Numbered from the stretch's first letter, positions 9,536-18,716 are shown. The stretch: DNA of 64,000 nucleotides from Deltaproteobacteria bacterium (GCA_016197285.1 JACPWD010000048.1:53025-117024); one strand, 5' to 3'. The notes: generated from the sequence alone by a model not told the origin. Program-made: numbers and translations.

Positions 9536-9908
9536 GCTGTTCATACCGTTCCTTAACCCTACCGAATAGTGCGAGTTCCTCCGCCGTGTACGTAGTGTGC
9601 GTATGACTGGCGTGCGGGAAATAGAAACGCATGACCGATTGCTGTTGGGCATCTTCGAAGATCGCCACCGGGCTGACAGACCCACCATGGCCACGGTCCT
9701 CGACAAATCGTATTTGCTTGACCGTAGCGAGGTTGACATGAAGATGCCAGCCTTTACATTCGATCGCCGCCCAGTCGTCGCTGAAGTTGATGTTTTGCGG
9801 TGCCTCTCGTAGCAGCAACTCACCGATAGCGTCGTTGCGCCCCACCGTGCAAATCAGCGACGGCGTTCGTACCAGCTCAGAAAGCAGTTGTTGAAGATCC
9901 GATGTCAT
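9477..9908 (-). CDS. hypothetical protein
   Basis: Start chosen at MTSDLQQ with an upstream GGAAGAG. It has coding-like composition and no motif I recognise. The C-terminal PQSPTPKT is encoded by the G-rich repeat. Confidence 0.45.
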   Translation of the reverse strand: MTSDLQQLLSELVRTPSLICTVGRNDAIGELLLREAPQNINFSDDWAAIECKGWHLHVNLATVKQIRFVEDRGHGGSVSPVAIFEDAQQQSVMRFYFPHASHTHTTYTAEELALFGRVKERYEQRLSPGDEGLGFPQSPTPKT

Positions 9909-10037
9909 TGTCTCTTCCTGATTATGCGAAAGCTGGAGACAAGTGTAGGGCAGAGAAGGAAAGCGGGTCAAGGTTGGCTAGTGGCGGGAGTGGTGCAGTT
10001 TCCTGGTACAACTTCTCTTCTGACCCCTTCGACTACT

Positions 10038-10117
10038 GTCATTCCGAGGAGCAACGCGACGAGGAATCTCACATTAGCAGCAGCAAGACAAAGATTCTTC
10101 GCTGCGCTCAGAATGAC
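10038..10117. repeat. REP/MITE-like pair (GTCATTCCGAGGAGC..GAGGAATC + GATTCTTCGCTGCGCTCAGAATGAC)
   Basis: Two palindromic units in inverted orientation. They belong to the same family as 16459, 26969, 35703, 40913 and 56191. Confidence 0.75.
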
Positions 10118-10185
10118 AATATCAGGCGATAGCGGTTATCTGGATAGATACTGAGAAGTCAGAAGAGGCTTTGTTCAGGGTGCTC

Positions 10186-12027
10186 TTACTCCACCGTTAC
10201 GCTCTTAGCGAGGTTGCGTGGCTGGTCAACGTCCGTGCCGCGATAGACCGCGCTGTAATAGGCGAGGAGTTGCAGGGGAATCGTCAGCAGAATCGGCATG
10301 AGCAGATGATTGGTTGTCGGCACCTGGATGATTTCCCAGGCAATGTCTTCCAGCTCCGGGGAGGGGGCGTCGGTGATGGCAATGATGCGCCCGCCGCGGG
10401 CTTCGACTTCTTTCATGTTGCTCAGAGTCTTGGTGTAGACCGGGTCTTTCGGCAACAGCACCACCACTGGCATCTCTTCGTCGATCAATGCGATTGGCCC
10501 GTGCTTCATTTCTCCAGCGGGATAGCCTTCGGCGTGGATGTAGGAAATCTCTTTGAGCTTCAAGGCACCTTCCAGCGCGATGGGATAGTTCACCCCGCGT
10601 CCGAGATAGAGAAAATCCTTGGCGTGTCCATATTTCTTGGCGATCTTCTCGATGTGTTTGGTTTTCGCGAGAATCTCCTGCACCTGAGCCGGCAGGTTGA
10701 TGAGATCGTCTATCAGTTGACGCCCGCGCCCTTCGTCGAGCACGCCGCGTCGTCTCCCCAGGTAGATGGACAGGAGGTACAACGCGGTGAGCTGCGTGGT
10801 GAACGCTTTGGTCGAGGCGACGCTCATCTCCGGTCCAGCGTGGGTGTACAGCACGATGTCCGATCGCCGTGGAATCGAAGCATCGACGACATTACAGATG
10901 GCCAAAGCCGGGAGCCCCAGACTCTTGCCTCCTTCAAGGGCGGCGAGGGTATCGGCGGTCTCGCCAGATTGGGAGACGGCGAGGACGGCGGTGTGCCGTT
11001 CCAGCGGAGAATTGCGATAGCGAAATTCGCTGCCGTAATCGACCTCCACGGGAATGCGGGCCAATTCTTCCAGATAGAATTTCCCGGCCAGACAAGCATG
11101 CCACGCCGTGCCGCACGCGACCAGCGCGATCCGTTGTATGGAGTTCAGCACGGCTCCGTGTTCGTCGAACTCGCCTAACGAGACATCGCTTTCCTCGGGG
11201 AGAATACGGCCGCGCATGGTGTCGATAATAGCCTGTGGCTGCTCATGAATCTCTTTGAGCAGAAAATGTTTGTAGCCGCTTTTCTGGGCGGTGACCGTGT
11301 CCCACGTAATGGTGCGCGGTTCGCGTTCGATCGGGTGCCCCTGAAAATCGGAGAGCGTGACACGATCGCGTGTGACCTCCGCCATTTCTCCATCGTCGAG
11401 GAAGGTGACTTTCCGCGTGTATTCGAGCAGCGCCGGCACGTCGGAAGCGACGAAATTTTCATTCTCTCCTAAGCCGATCACAATGGGAGTCGCGTTTTTC
11501 GCAGTGAGAATCTTGCCCGGCTCATCCTCGCACAGCACAACGATGGAGAACGCACCTTCCAACCGTTTCAGAGCGGCGCGCGTGGCCGGGGTGAAGGAGA
11601 GGCCCTGTTGAATGTAATCGTCGATCAGATGGGAAATGACCTCGGTATCGGTTTCCGAATTGAAGGTTCGGCCTTTGGCTTGGAGTTCATGTCGGAGATC
11701 GAGATAGTTTTCGATGATGCCATTGTGAATGACCACAACCTTGCCGGCCCGGTGCGGGTGCGCATTTTCTTCCGACGGGCGCCCATGCGTCGCCCAGCGC
11801 GTGTGGCCCATCCCGATCGAGCCATGTACCGGCTGGTCTTGTAAGAGCCGGTCGAGATTCGTCAATTTCCCTACCGAGCGGCGCACGAGGATGCCGTCGC
11901 GCGAACCGCTGTTGGCAAAGATAGCGACTCCCGCCGAATCGTATCCCCGATACTCCAGGCGTTGCAGTCCTTTGAGCAGGACCGGCGCTGCCTCTCTATG
12001 CCCAATGTAGCCGATGATACCGCACAT
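10186..12027 (-). CDS. glmS: glutamine--fructose-6-phosphate aminotransferase
   Basis: The start gives the canonical N-terminus MCGIIGY (Cys2 nucleophile). It has two SIS domains and the C-terminus AKSVTVE. Confidence 0.95.
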   Translation of the reverse strand: MCGIIGYIGHREAAPVLLKGLQRLEYRGYDSAGVAIFANSGSRDGILVRRSVGKLTNLDRLLQDQPVHGSIGMGHTRWATHGRPSEENAHPHRAGKVVVIHNGIIENYLDLRHELQAKGRTFNSETDTEVISHLIDDYIQQGLSFTPATRAALKRLEGAFSIVVLCEDEPGKILTAKNATPIVIGLGENENFVASDVPALLEYTRKVTFLDDGEMAEVTRDRVTLSDFQGHPIEREPRTITWDTVTAQKSGYKHFLLKEIHEQPQAIIDTMRGRILPEESDVSLGEFDEHGAVLNSIQRIALVACGTAWHACLAGKFYLEELARIPVEVDYGSEFRYRNSPLERHTAVLAVSQSGETADTLAALEGGKSLGLPALAICNVVDASIPRRSDIVLYTHAGPEMSVASTKAFTTQLTALYLLSIYLGRRRGVLDEGRGRQLIDDLINLPAQVQEILAKTKHIEKIAKKYGHAKDFLYLGRGVNYPIALEGALKLKEISYIHAEGYPAGEMKHGPIALIDEEMPVVVLLPKDPVYTKTLSNMKEVEARGGRIIAITDAPSPELEDIAWEIIQVPTTNHLLMPILLTIPLQLLAYYSAVYRGTDVDQPRNLAKSVTVE

Positions 12028-12065
12028 GGTTTGCACCTCATGAAGAGTAGCCAGTAGTTTGCATA

Positions 12066-12128
12066 AAAAGGCCACAGGCTGAAGGCTTCAGGCTTCAGGG
12101 TCCACCCTATAGCCTATAGCCTATGGCC
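12066..12128. repeat. Heptamer-repeat imperfect hairpin filling the glmU-glmS spacer
   Basis: GGCTGAA GGCTTCA GGCTTCA ... AGCCTAT AGCCTAT GGCCTTA AGCCTTT, flanked by AAAAAGGC and GCCTTTTT. Confidence 0.65.
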
Positions 12129-13523
12129 TTAAGCCTTTTTCGCCGCTTCCTTCGCGCGTTTGCTTGCTGTCCAGCCCTCGCGCACTTGTTCTTGGCGCGA
12201 GTTGAAGACCAGCGCTCCAGCAGGTACGTCGCGGCGCACTGTGGTGGCGGTGGCGATGTACACATCGTCGTGAATGGTGATGGGCGCGATCAGCGTAGTG
12301 TCGGACCCGACCTGCACGCGATCGCCGATCTTGGTCTTGTGTTTGCGAAACCCGTCGTAATTGCAGGTGATGGTGCCGGCGCCGATGTTCGCGTCGCGGC
12401 CAATCTCCGCGTCGCCGATGTACGCCAGATGCTTGGCTTTGGTGTGTTCGCCGATCAGCGATTTTTTGACCTCAACGAAGTTGCCGATCTCCGCTTTCGG
12501 GGCCAACACCGTGCCGCCGCGCAAATGTGCGAAGGGGCCGACATCGGTCTGATTTCCCAGCTCACTTTCGTTCAACACTACAGAGAAACGCACGTGGGCA
12601 TCGTTGCCGATTTTGCTGTCGAGAATGTAGGCGCTGCCATCGATACGACAACGCTCGCCGATCGTGGTTTTGCCTCTGAGCTGGGTGTTGGGACCGATGA
12701 TCGTATCTTGACCGATCATGACTTCTTCCTCAATGTACACGGTGTCCGGGTCTTCTAACGTGACGCCAGCGGCCATCCACTGGCTGCGGAGCTGAGCCTG
12801 TCGCGCTTTTTCCATCATGGCGAGATCCTCCCGAGAATTGATACCGCCTACTTCGCTGGGGTCGTGGGCGAGCACCGCGTAGGCCGGCAGGTTCGCAGTC
12901 ACCGCCTGGGCCACAATATCCGTCAGATAGTATTCTCCCTGTGCGTTCTGCGGCTGGAGCTGTTGCAACGCTGAAAAGAGAAAATCGGAGCGCACGCAAT
13001 AAATGCCGCTGTTGATTTCGTGCACGGCGCGTTCTGCCTCGGTGGCATCGCGCGCTTCGACAATCTTGCACACCTGGCCATCCGGCGTGCGGATCACGCG
13101 CCCGTATTGGGCCGGGTCATCCAGGCGGATGGTGAGGACGGATAGCGTGGCCTGACGCTCACGATGCTGCTGGACGAACTGCGAGAGCGTATTGGTCGTC
13201 AGCAGTGGCGTATCGCCGCAGACGATCAGGATATTGCCGTGAAAATTATCGAAGTACGGTTGTGCAGCGCGCACGGCATCGCCGGTGCCGCGTTGTTCCT
13301 CTTGCAAGGCAAAGGCCACGCCTTCCCTGCCACATTGGTGTTGCACCTCGTCGGCTTGATGACCGACGACCACCACCAGGGTGTCAGGATGTAAGCGTTG
13401 CGCCGCGTCGAGCACACGCGTCAGTAAAGGTTGGCCAGCCAAACGGTGCAATACTTTGGCCTGCGCGGAACGCATCCGTTTCCCCAACCCCGCCGCAAGA
13501 ACCACCACTCCGAATTGTTCCAT
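12129..13523 (-). CDS. glmU: bifunctional UDP-GlcNAc pyrophosphorylase / GlcN-1-P N-acetyltransferase
   Basis: N-terminus VVLAAGLGKRMRS (the nucleotidyltransferase G-loop). It has C-terminal left-handed beta-helix hexapeptide repeats and lies upstream of glmS. Confidence 0.95.
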   Translation of the reverse strand: MEQFGVVVLAAGLGKRMRSAQAKVLHRLAGQPLLTRVLDAAQRLHPDTLVVVVGHQADEVQHQCGREGVAFALQEEQRGTGDAVRAAQPYFDNFHGNILIVCGDTPLLTTNTLSQFVQQHRERQATLSVLTIRLDDPAQYGRVIRTPDGQVCKIVEARDATEAERAVHEINSGIYCVRSDFLFSALQQLQPQNAQGEYYLTDIVAQAVTANLPAYAVLAHDPSEVGGINSREDLAMMEKARQAQLRSQWMAAGVTLEDPDTVYIEEEVMIGQDTIIGPNTQLRGKTTIGERCRIDGSAYILDSKIGNDAHVRFSVVLNESELGNQTDVGPFAHLRGGTVLAPKAEIGNFVEVKKSLIGEHTKAKHLAYIGDAEIGRDANIGAGTITCNYDGFRKHKTKIGDRVQVGSDTTLIAPITIHDDVYIATATTVRRDVPAGALVFNSRQEQVREGWTASKRAKEAAKKA

Positions 13524-13566
13524 AATGATTTCGTGCCACCTTGCCTGTGTTCATCGCGTGGTTCGT

Positions 13567-14667
13567 TTAGGAGTGCGCACGCGAGGGCAGGCTGTCGAAC
13601 CAGGGGAGGACCAGGGTCTCGTTGATCGAGTACGTGTAGGCATGTCCCCACTCCGGCAGTTCCTTATAGATGATATTAAAGCCGGATTCCGAGAGCAGCT
13701 TATACGTTCGCTGTGCCATTGCTACCGGGAAAATAAAATCTTTTACGCCATGGACCATAAACACCGGCAAGTGCTTACTCTGCTCTAGATCGAAGAGGGC
13801 GACTAACTCTCCCGCTGCCGCGATGGGCGCGATACCGGCGAACAACTTAGGACAACTAAGACCAAGCGCGAAACTGAAGGTGCCGCCATCCGACAGCCCA
13901 GAGGCGAACAGCCGCCCGGTATCGATGGCGTAGTCATCTAGCAGCTCTTCCACCATAGACAAGATCGAACGGATATCGACGCCGGGCTGCATCAGCGACC
14001 AGGTTTGGTCGAGCGATTTAGGCGACAGGACCAGATAGCCTCGGCTTTTTGCTGCCCTGAGCCACGTGAGCAGATAATCGTCACCGCGCCCATGCCCGCC
14101 ATGGAGAGCGACAATCAGCGGCCAACGCCGAGCCGGATCGTAGTTTTCCGGCACATACAGTGAATATTCTCCGTGTTCCTTGGTTGCCGGGCGATGCATG
14201 AGGCCGGTGCCGACCGTGACCCCTGCGACCGGAGTGTCCAAAGCCACCATTCGCGCGGTGTCTTCCGGCAGCACCCAATACTGCTGCAGAGTCGGAAGTT
14301 GGCCGCGTAGGGGATAGAGCTGATACTTGCCCTGCGAGAACGCACGGCGGCTCTGAACATAAGCCACGAAAAAATTGAATTCCGAGCCGGTGAGGAACGA
14401 GGTATAGGCATCTTCCAGTTGGGCCAGCGCCTCGCGCCACTGCTGGTGAAACCGTTCCTGTTCTGGAGGCGGAGTCAGTGCGTCCAACTCAGCGTTGAGC
14501 GGCGGAAAGAGATCGCCCAGCGTGTCGAACAACTCTTGTTTGTGTTGTTTGATTTTTCCCAGATGCAGGTTTTCCTGCAGGGCTTCAAATGTGCGTAGGA
14601 ACGAGAGGAGCCCGATTTCCTGTTCGTGAATCGCGGCGCGATAGCGTTCTGCTGAAATCGTCATCAT
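13567..14667 (-). CDS. alpha/beta hydrolase (phospholipase/carboxylesterase-type) with N-terminal helical extension
   Basis: Start at the MM preceded by GGAGGG. It has the nucleophile elbow GLSDGG, and LIVALHGGHG and VFMVHG motifs. Confidence 0.7.
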   Translation of the reverse strand: MMTISAERYRAAIHEQEIGLLSFLRTFEALQENLHLGKIKQHKQELFDTLGDLFPPLNAELDALTPPPEQERFHQQWREALAQLEDAYTSFLTGSEFNFFVAYVQSRRAFSQGKYQLYPLRGQLPTLQQYWVLPEDTARMVALDTPVAGVTVGTGLMHRPATKEHGEYSLYVPENYDPARRWPLIVALHGGHGRGDDYLLTWLRAAKSRGYLVLSPKSLDQTWSLMQPGVDIRSILSMVEELLDDYAIDTGRLFASGLSDGGTFSFALGLSCPKLFAGIAPIAAAGELVALFDLEQSKHLPVFMVHGVKDFIFPVAMAQRTYKLLSESGFNIIYKELPEWGHAYTYSINETLVLPWFDSLPSRAHS

Positions 14668-14754
14668 GTCCCTCCTGGCCCTGCCCTGATCAAGGCTACA
14701 ATCCCCCTTTCCCAGTTGCAAGGGGCAAGGTGCTATGCCAAGGTGCTGTGCATC

Positions 14755-16152
14755 ATGAAACCTGCGGTGAGCGAGGCGACGAGCGCGCGGCTACGCTCCT
14801 TACCCTCGGTGGAAAAACTGCTCCAGTCTCCGACGCTTATCCCGGCGTTACAACGCTATCGCCACGCCTATGTCGTGGAATCCGTGCGGGCAGTGTTAGC
14901 CGAGATGCGGCGGGAGATTCTCGCTGGCAGCGAGACCGCAGCGGTCGATGAAGACGTGGTCCTGCGACGGATTGCTGCGCACCTACGCGAGGCAGGACAG
15001 AGTCCTTTGCGCTCCGTCGTCAATGCAACCGGGACGGTGTTGCACACGAACCTGGGGCGAGCCTTGTTGGCCACAGCAGCGGTGGAAGAGATCGTACGCG
15101 CGGCTACCTCGCCGGTCACGTTGGAATATGCCCTCGACGAAGGCGGGCGCGGCGATCGTGACGGCATCGTCGAGGAGGACCTCTTGGCGCTCACTGGTGC
15201 CGAGGCGGCGACGGTGGTCAACAACAACGCTGCTGCCGTGTTGTTGGCGCTGAACTCCATAGCCGAAGGCAAAGAAGGCATTGTGTCGCGCGGAGAGTTG
15301 ATCGAGATTGGTGGCTCGTTCCGCATTCCCGACGTGATGCGGAAAAGCGGCGTTATTCTGCGTGAAGTCGGTACCACGAACCGCACCCATCTTCACGACT
15401 ATGCGGAAGCGATCAGTCCGCAAACCGGCGTCTTGCTTAAAGTGCATCCCAGCAACTACCGCATCGTCGGATTCACCAGCGGCGTGACATTAGAAGCGCT
15501 CGTGGCGCTCGGAGCTGAACATCGGGTGCCGGTGATGGAAGATCTCGGCGCTGGCGCGTTGATCGACCTCTCCGCTTTCGGCTTGCCGAAAGAGCCGGTG
15601 GTGGCCGAACGGATCGCCGCCGGAGCCGACCTCGTGACCTTTAGCGGAGACAAACTGCTGGGCGGGCCACAGGCTGGGATTATCGTTGGCCGCAAAGAAT
15701 GGATCGCGCGCATCAAGAAAAATCCACTCAAACGGGTCTTGCGTCCGGACAAGCTTACGCTCGCCGCCCTCAGCGGCACCTTGCGGCTGTATCGTCAGTC
15801 TCCCGATTTGACGGCGGAACTGCCGACCTTGCGTTGGTTGACGCGCTCACGCGCGGAGATGGACGCGGTGGCAGCCCAGGCTTTGCCCTTGTTGCAGGCT
15901 CGCTTGGGGGCGGAATTTCTGCTGACCGTCGAAGATGCGGCAGCGCAGATTGGCAGCGGTGCGCTCCCTGAGGAAGACCTGCCCAGTCGGGTCGTTGCCA
16001 TTCGCCACTCACAGCTTGCAGGAGAAAAAATCGCGGCACGGTTTCGTACGGCGGACCCGCCCATCCTGGGGCGCATTCGCGGTGAAGCCTTTCTGCTCGA
16101 TCTCCGTGGGATCTTTGCTGCGGAAGACCTCGTGCCCAACGAAAGCACCTGA
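14755..16152 (+). CDS. selA: L-seryl-tRNA(Sec) selenium transferase
   Basis: PLP-lysine motif FSGDKLLGGPQAG and the N-terminus LPSVEKLLQ. A tRNA-Sec lies directly downstream. Confidence 0.9.
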   Translation: MKPAVSEATSARLRSLPSVEKLLQSPTLIPALQRYRHAYVVESVRAVLAEMRREILAGSETAAVDEDVVLRRIAAHLREAGQSPLRSVVNATGTVLHTNLGRALLATAAVEEIVRAATSPVTLEYALDEGGRGDRDGIVEEDLLALTGAEAATVVNNNAAAVLLALNSIAEGKEGIVSRGELIEIGGSFRIPDVMRKSGVILREVGTTNRTHLHDYAEAISPQTGVLLKVHPSNYRIVGFTSGVTLEALVALGAEHRVPVMEDLGAGALIDLSAFGLPKEPVVAERIAAGADLVTFSGDKLLGGPQAGIIVGRKEWIARIKKNPLKRVLRPDKLTLAALSGTLRLYRQSPDLTAELPTLRWLTRSRAEMDAVAAQALPLLQARLGAEFLLTVEDAAAQIGSGALPEEDLPSRVVAIRHSQLAGEKIAARFRTADPPILGRIRGEAFLLDLRGIFAAEDLVPNEST

Positions 16153-16163
16153 GGCGAAAAGCG

Positions 16164-16259
16164 TGGCGGAGAAGGGATGGAGTCGAACCATCCGCGCAGC
16201 GTTACGCCACGCAACTCGGTTTTGAAGACCGGTAAAGCCACCGGGCCTTATCCTTCTCC
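16164..16259 (-). tRNA. selC: tRNA-Sec (anticodon UCA)
   Basis: The reverse complement is GGAGAAGG-AU-AAGGCC-CGGU-GGCUUU-A-CCGGU-CUUCAAA-ACCGA-...-GAUGG-UUCGACU-CCAUC-CCUUCUCC-G-CCA. It folds with an 8-bp acceptor, a 6-bp D stem with a 4-nt loop, a 7-bp long variable arm, a 5-bp T stem and an encoded CCA. This parallels E. coli selC. Confidence 0.9.
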
Positions 16260-16458
16260 ACACAGTGAGATCAAGCGCTTAGCACGCTGGATAGATGGAG
16301 TCCAGCTCTATAAGACAAGGGTGAGCGAAGAGATGGACGTGGCACGCCAGCATGAATACGAAGATGTCGATCTCGACGAGGTAGAGAAAAATGCTAGGTT
16401 AGATTTTCCTCGTGTGATCGCGCTAAACCAAACGCCATGAGATTGGCACACCAGCGTT

Positions 16459-16542
16459 GTCACCCTGAACCCTTCGGCTGCGCTGAGGATAAACTCCGTG
16501 AAAGGTCTTGCCGCGAGATTCTTCGCTACGCTCAGAATGACA
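16459..16542 (-). repeat. 84-nt composite REP/MITE-like element, copy A
   Basis: Its reverse complement matches 56191-56274 at 80 of 84 positions. Confidence 0.85.
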
Positions 16543-16633
16543 ATACTGGGTGATTACGTCGTAAAGTATACGAATGTCATGCTTTCCGGTTTAGTGGAAC
16601 CGATGGCTCCGAATCAGAAGTGAAGGTGAATCC

Positions 16634-17479
16634 ATGTCCAAGAATGTTTCCATCTGCTTATCCTTCGATTTCGACGCCATGTCCATTTGGCTCGGCCCCA
16701 TGCGCTCCAAGTCGCCTAGCACGATCTCGCGTGGCGAATTTGGCGCGGTCGGAGCGGAACGTTTGCTCGATCTGCTCCGCCGCCGGCAAGTGCTGGCGTC
16801 CTGGTTCGTTCCAGGGCATACCATCGACACCTATCCCAAGATTGTCCAGAAAATTGCGGACTCCGGTCACGAGATCGGCCACCACGGGTATCTCCACGAG
16901 AACCCCGCGTCAGTGCCGCCGGACGAAGAGCGCCGCATTCTGGAGCGCGGCAGCGAGTGCATTCGCCGTGTTACCGGAAAATCCCCGGTCGGCTATCGCT
17001 CACCAGCGTGGGATCTCAGTCCGCACTCCGTCAGCCTCCTCCTCGAACTTGGGTTCCGGTACGATTCCAGCCTGATGGCAAACGACTTCACGCCGTACTA
17101 CTGTCGGGTCGGCGATGAGGCCCCCAAGGACGGTCCTTATGTATTCGGCAAGGAAGTGGATCTTGTGGAACTGCCGGTGGACTGGAGTTTAGACGACTGG
17201 CCCTATTTTGGTCTGCACTGGCCGGCGCATCACGTGGGGCTGCGCACGCCGGACGAAGTCTACAGCATCTGGGCAGCGGATTTCGATTTTCTCTACCAGC
17301 GTCTCGGTGCGGGGGTTTTTATCCTCACCATGCACCCGCAAGTGATCGGTCGCGGCCATCGTTTGCTCATGCTCGAACGTTTAATCGACTACATGAAAAG
17401 CCATGCGGGAGTCACCTTCTCGACCATGGGACAAGTGGCGGCGGAATGGCAACAAACCCATCCGTTGGCAAAGCCGTAA
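16634..17479 (+). CDS. polysaccharide deacetylase (CE4) family protein
   Basis: Motifs SFDFDA, VPGHT and EIGHHGYLHE, which are the NodB-type metal-binding His/Asp pattern. Confidence 0.75.
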   Translation: MSKNVSICLSFDFDAMSIWLGPMRSKSPSTISRGEFGAVGAERLLDLLRRRQVLASWFVPGHTIDTYPKIVQKIADSGHEIGHHGYLHENPASVPPDEERRILERGSECIRRVTGKSPVGYRSPAWDLSPHSVSLLLELGFRYDSSLMANDFTPYYCRVGDEAPKDGPYVFGKEVDLVELPVDWSLDDWPYFGLHWPAHHVGLRTPDEVYSIWAADFDFLYQRLGAGVFILTMHPQVIGRGHRLLMLERLIDYMKSHAGVTFSTMGQVAAEWQQTHPLAKP

Positions 17480-17546
17480 CAACTCCTGGTAGTCGATATG
17501 GCCTGCTCCCTACGGTCGCTCGATAGCTTCTGGCATATGGTCAGAA

Positions 17547-17597
17547 CCATAAGCCATAGAGTGAGCGCAGCAAACGAGCTATATGCTATCAGCTAGG
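17547..17597 (+). repeat. REP-like unit (CCATAAGCCATAGAGTGAGCGCAGCAAACG core), copy 2
   Basis: Paralogous to 7912-7962. It ends 20 nt before the dioxygenase start codon. Confidence 0.6.
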
Positions 17598-17616
17598 TGC
17601 CAAACAGGAGGGAACC

Positions 17617-18498
17617 ATGGTTCAAGTTACGGAGTTAGGCTACATGGGCATCGGGGTCAAAGATCTCGAGGCATGGAAAAACTTTGCTACCGCCATCGTC
17701 GGCCTGGAACTGTCCGAGGAAGGCGAACGTGATCGTTGCTACCTGCGCATGGATTACTGGCATCACCGGATCGTGCTCCATGCGAACGGCAGCGATGATC
17801 TTGAGTATCTCGGTTTCCGTGTCGCTGGAGGTGAGGAATTCGCCGAAATGCAGCACCAACTGACCGAGGCGGGTATCACGTATCGCGTGGGTTCAGAGGA
17901 AGAAGCCATTGAGCGCCATGTGCTCGGGGTGCTCAAACTTAGCGATCCGAGCGGGAACCCCGTCGAGATTTTTCACGGGCCTGAGATCCAGTTCAATCGA
18001 CCGTTTCATCCCGGGCGACGGATGCATGGGCGCTTCAAGACTGGCACCGGCGGTCTCGGGCACTGTATTATCCGTCAGGAGGACGCCCAAGCGGCCTATC
18101 GCTTTTATCGCGCCTTGGGCATGCGCGGCGGGGTCGAATACAAGATTCAATTCGGTCAACAGGTGGTGACGCCGACGTTCATGCACTGCAACGACCGCGA
18201 CCACACCGTCGCTTTCGGGGTTGGTCCATCGAAGCGTCGGATCAACCATGTGATGCTCGAGGTGGATACCATGGACGACGTAGGGCTCGCCGAAGAACTG
18301 GTGCGTGGACACAAGATTCCGGTCACGATTAAACCCGGCAAACACTCCAACGACCACATGTACTCGTTCTACTTCCGTAATCCTTCCGGATGGATGATGG
18401 AGTACGGCTGGGGAGCACGGGCCGCGACGCATCAATCGGAATACTACGTGCGCGATGTCTACGGTCACGAGCCCGAGGACGGAGGATTCGGCGAGTAA
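17617..18498 (+). CDS. extradiol ring-cleavage dioxygenase (BphC/HsaC-like, VOC superfamily)
   Basis: GGAGGG RBS. The N-terminus VTELGYMGIGVKDLEAWKNF and the two-domain ~290-aa architecture with conserved His (HCIIRQ, HVMLEV) fit the family. Confidence 0.8.
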   Translation: MVQVTELGYMGIGVKDLEAWKNFATAIVGLELSEEGERDRCYLRMDYWHHRIVLHANGSDDLEYLGFRVAGGEEFAEMQHQLTEAGITYRVGSEEEAIERHVLGVLKLSDPSGNPVEIFHGPEIQFNRPFHPGRRMHGRFKTGTGGLGHCIIRQEDAQAAYRFYRALGMRGGVEYKIQFGQQVVTPTFMHCNDRDHTVAFGVGPSKRRINHVMLEVDTMDDVGLAEELVRGHKIPVTIKPGKHSNDHMYSFYFRNPSGWMMEYGWGARAATHQSEYYVRDVYGHEPEDGGFGE

Positions 18499-18542
18499 GC
18501 GGCGCGCGTTAGTAGGGAGCCGATCTGAAACGTGTAGAGTTT

Positions 18543-18716
18543 TTATAGAGACGCTGGGTACCACGGCTGGCAAGCCAGCCGTACAAATGAACAGCTTGCA
18601 ATTGCCGAGGTAGCGTGCAAGTTCACTAGCTTTCGTGCGACCTCGGGGGTTAAGCATTCCCCAAAAGGCTCGAGTAAATTGTCCAGCAGCGTTCCTTCGT
18701 CTGTCGTTGAGTTCAT
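18543..18716 (-). pseudogene. possible truncated antitoxin-like fragment
   Basis: MNSTTDEGTLLDNLLEPFGECLTPEVARKLVNL resembles, from memory, the N-terminal half of small antitoxin-like proteins. The similarity is lost after ~35 aa. This is very tentative. Confidence 0.2.

Noticed and set aside
10171-11178. A 335-aa ORF on the + strand. There are many other long ORFs antisense to glmS, glmU, the HpaB-like gene, the CoA-transferases, purC and lnt, for example 1901-2953(-), 8067-8900(-), 12123-12758(+), 54448-55338(+), 55236-56012(+) and 45584-46303(+).
   Set aside because: These are shadow ORFs, typical of GC-rich DNA. They lie opposite to, or out of frame with, genes that have unambiguous conserved motifs. 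Their translations are Arg/Gly/Pro/His-rich with no motifs.
12028-12128. A glmS ribozyme upstream of glmS.
   Set aside because: The spacer is only 101 nt and consists entirely of heptamer repeats. None of the conserved glmS ribozyme core was recognisable. It is reported instead as a repeat hairpin.
16177-16440. An 87-aa ORF downstream of selA.
   Set aside because: Its first third is the antisense of the tRNA-Sec gene (16164-16259). The remainder is a short AT-richer stretch without an RBS or motif. It is most likely non-coding tRNA promoter region.
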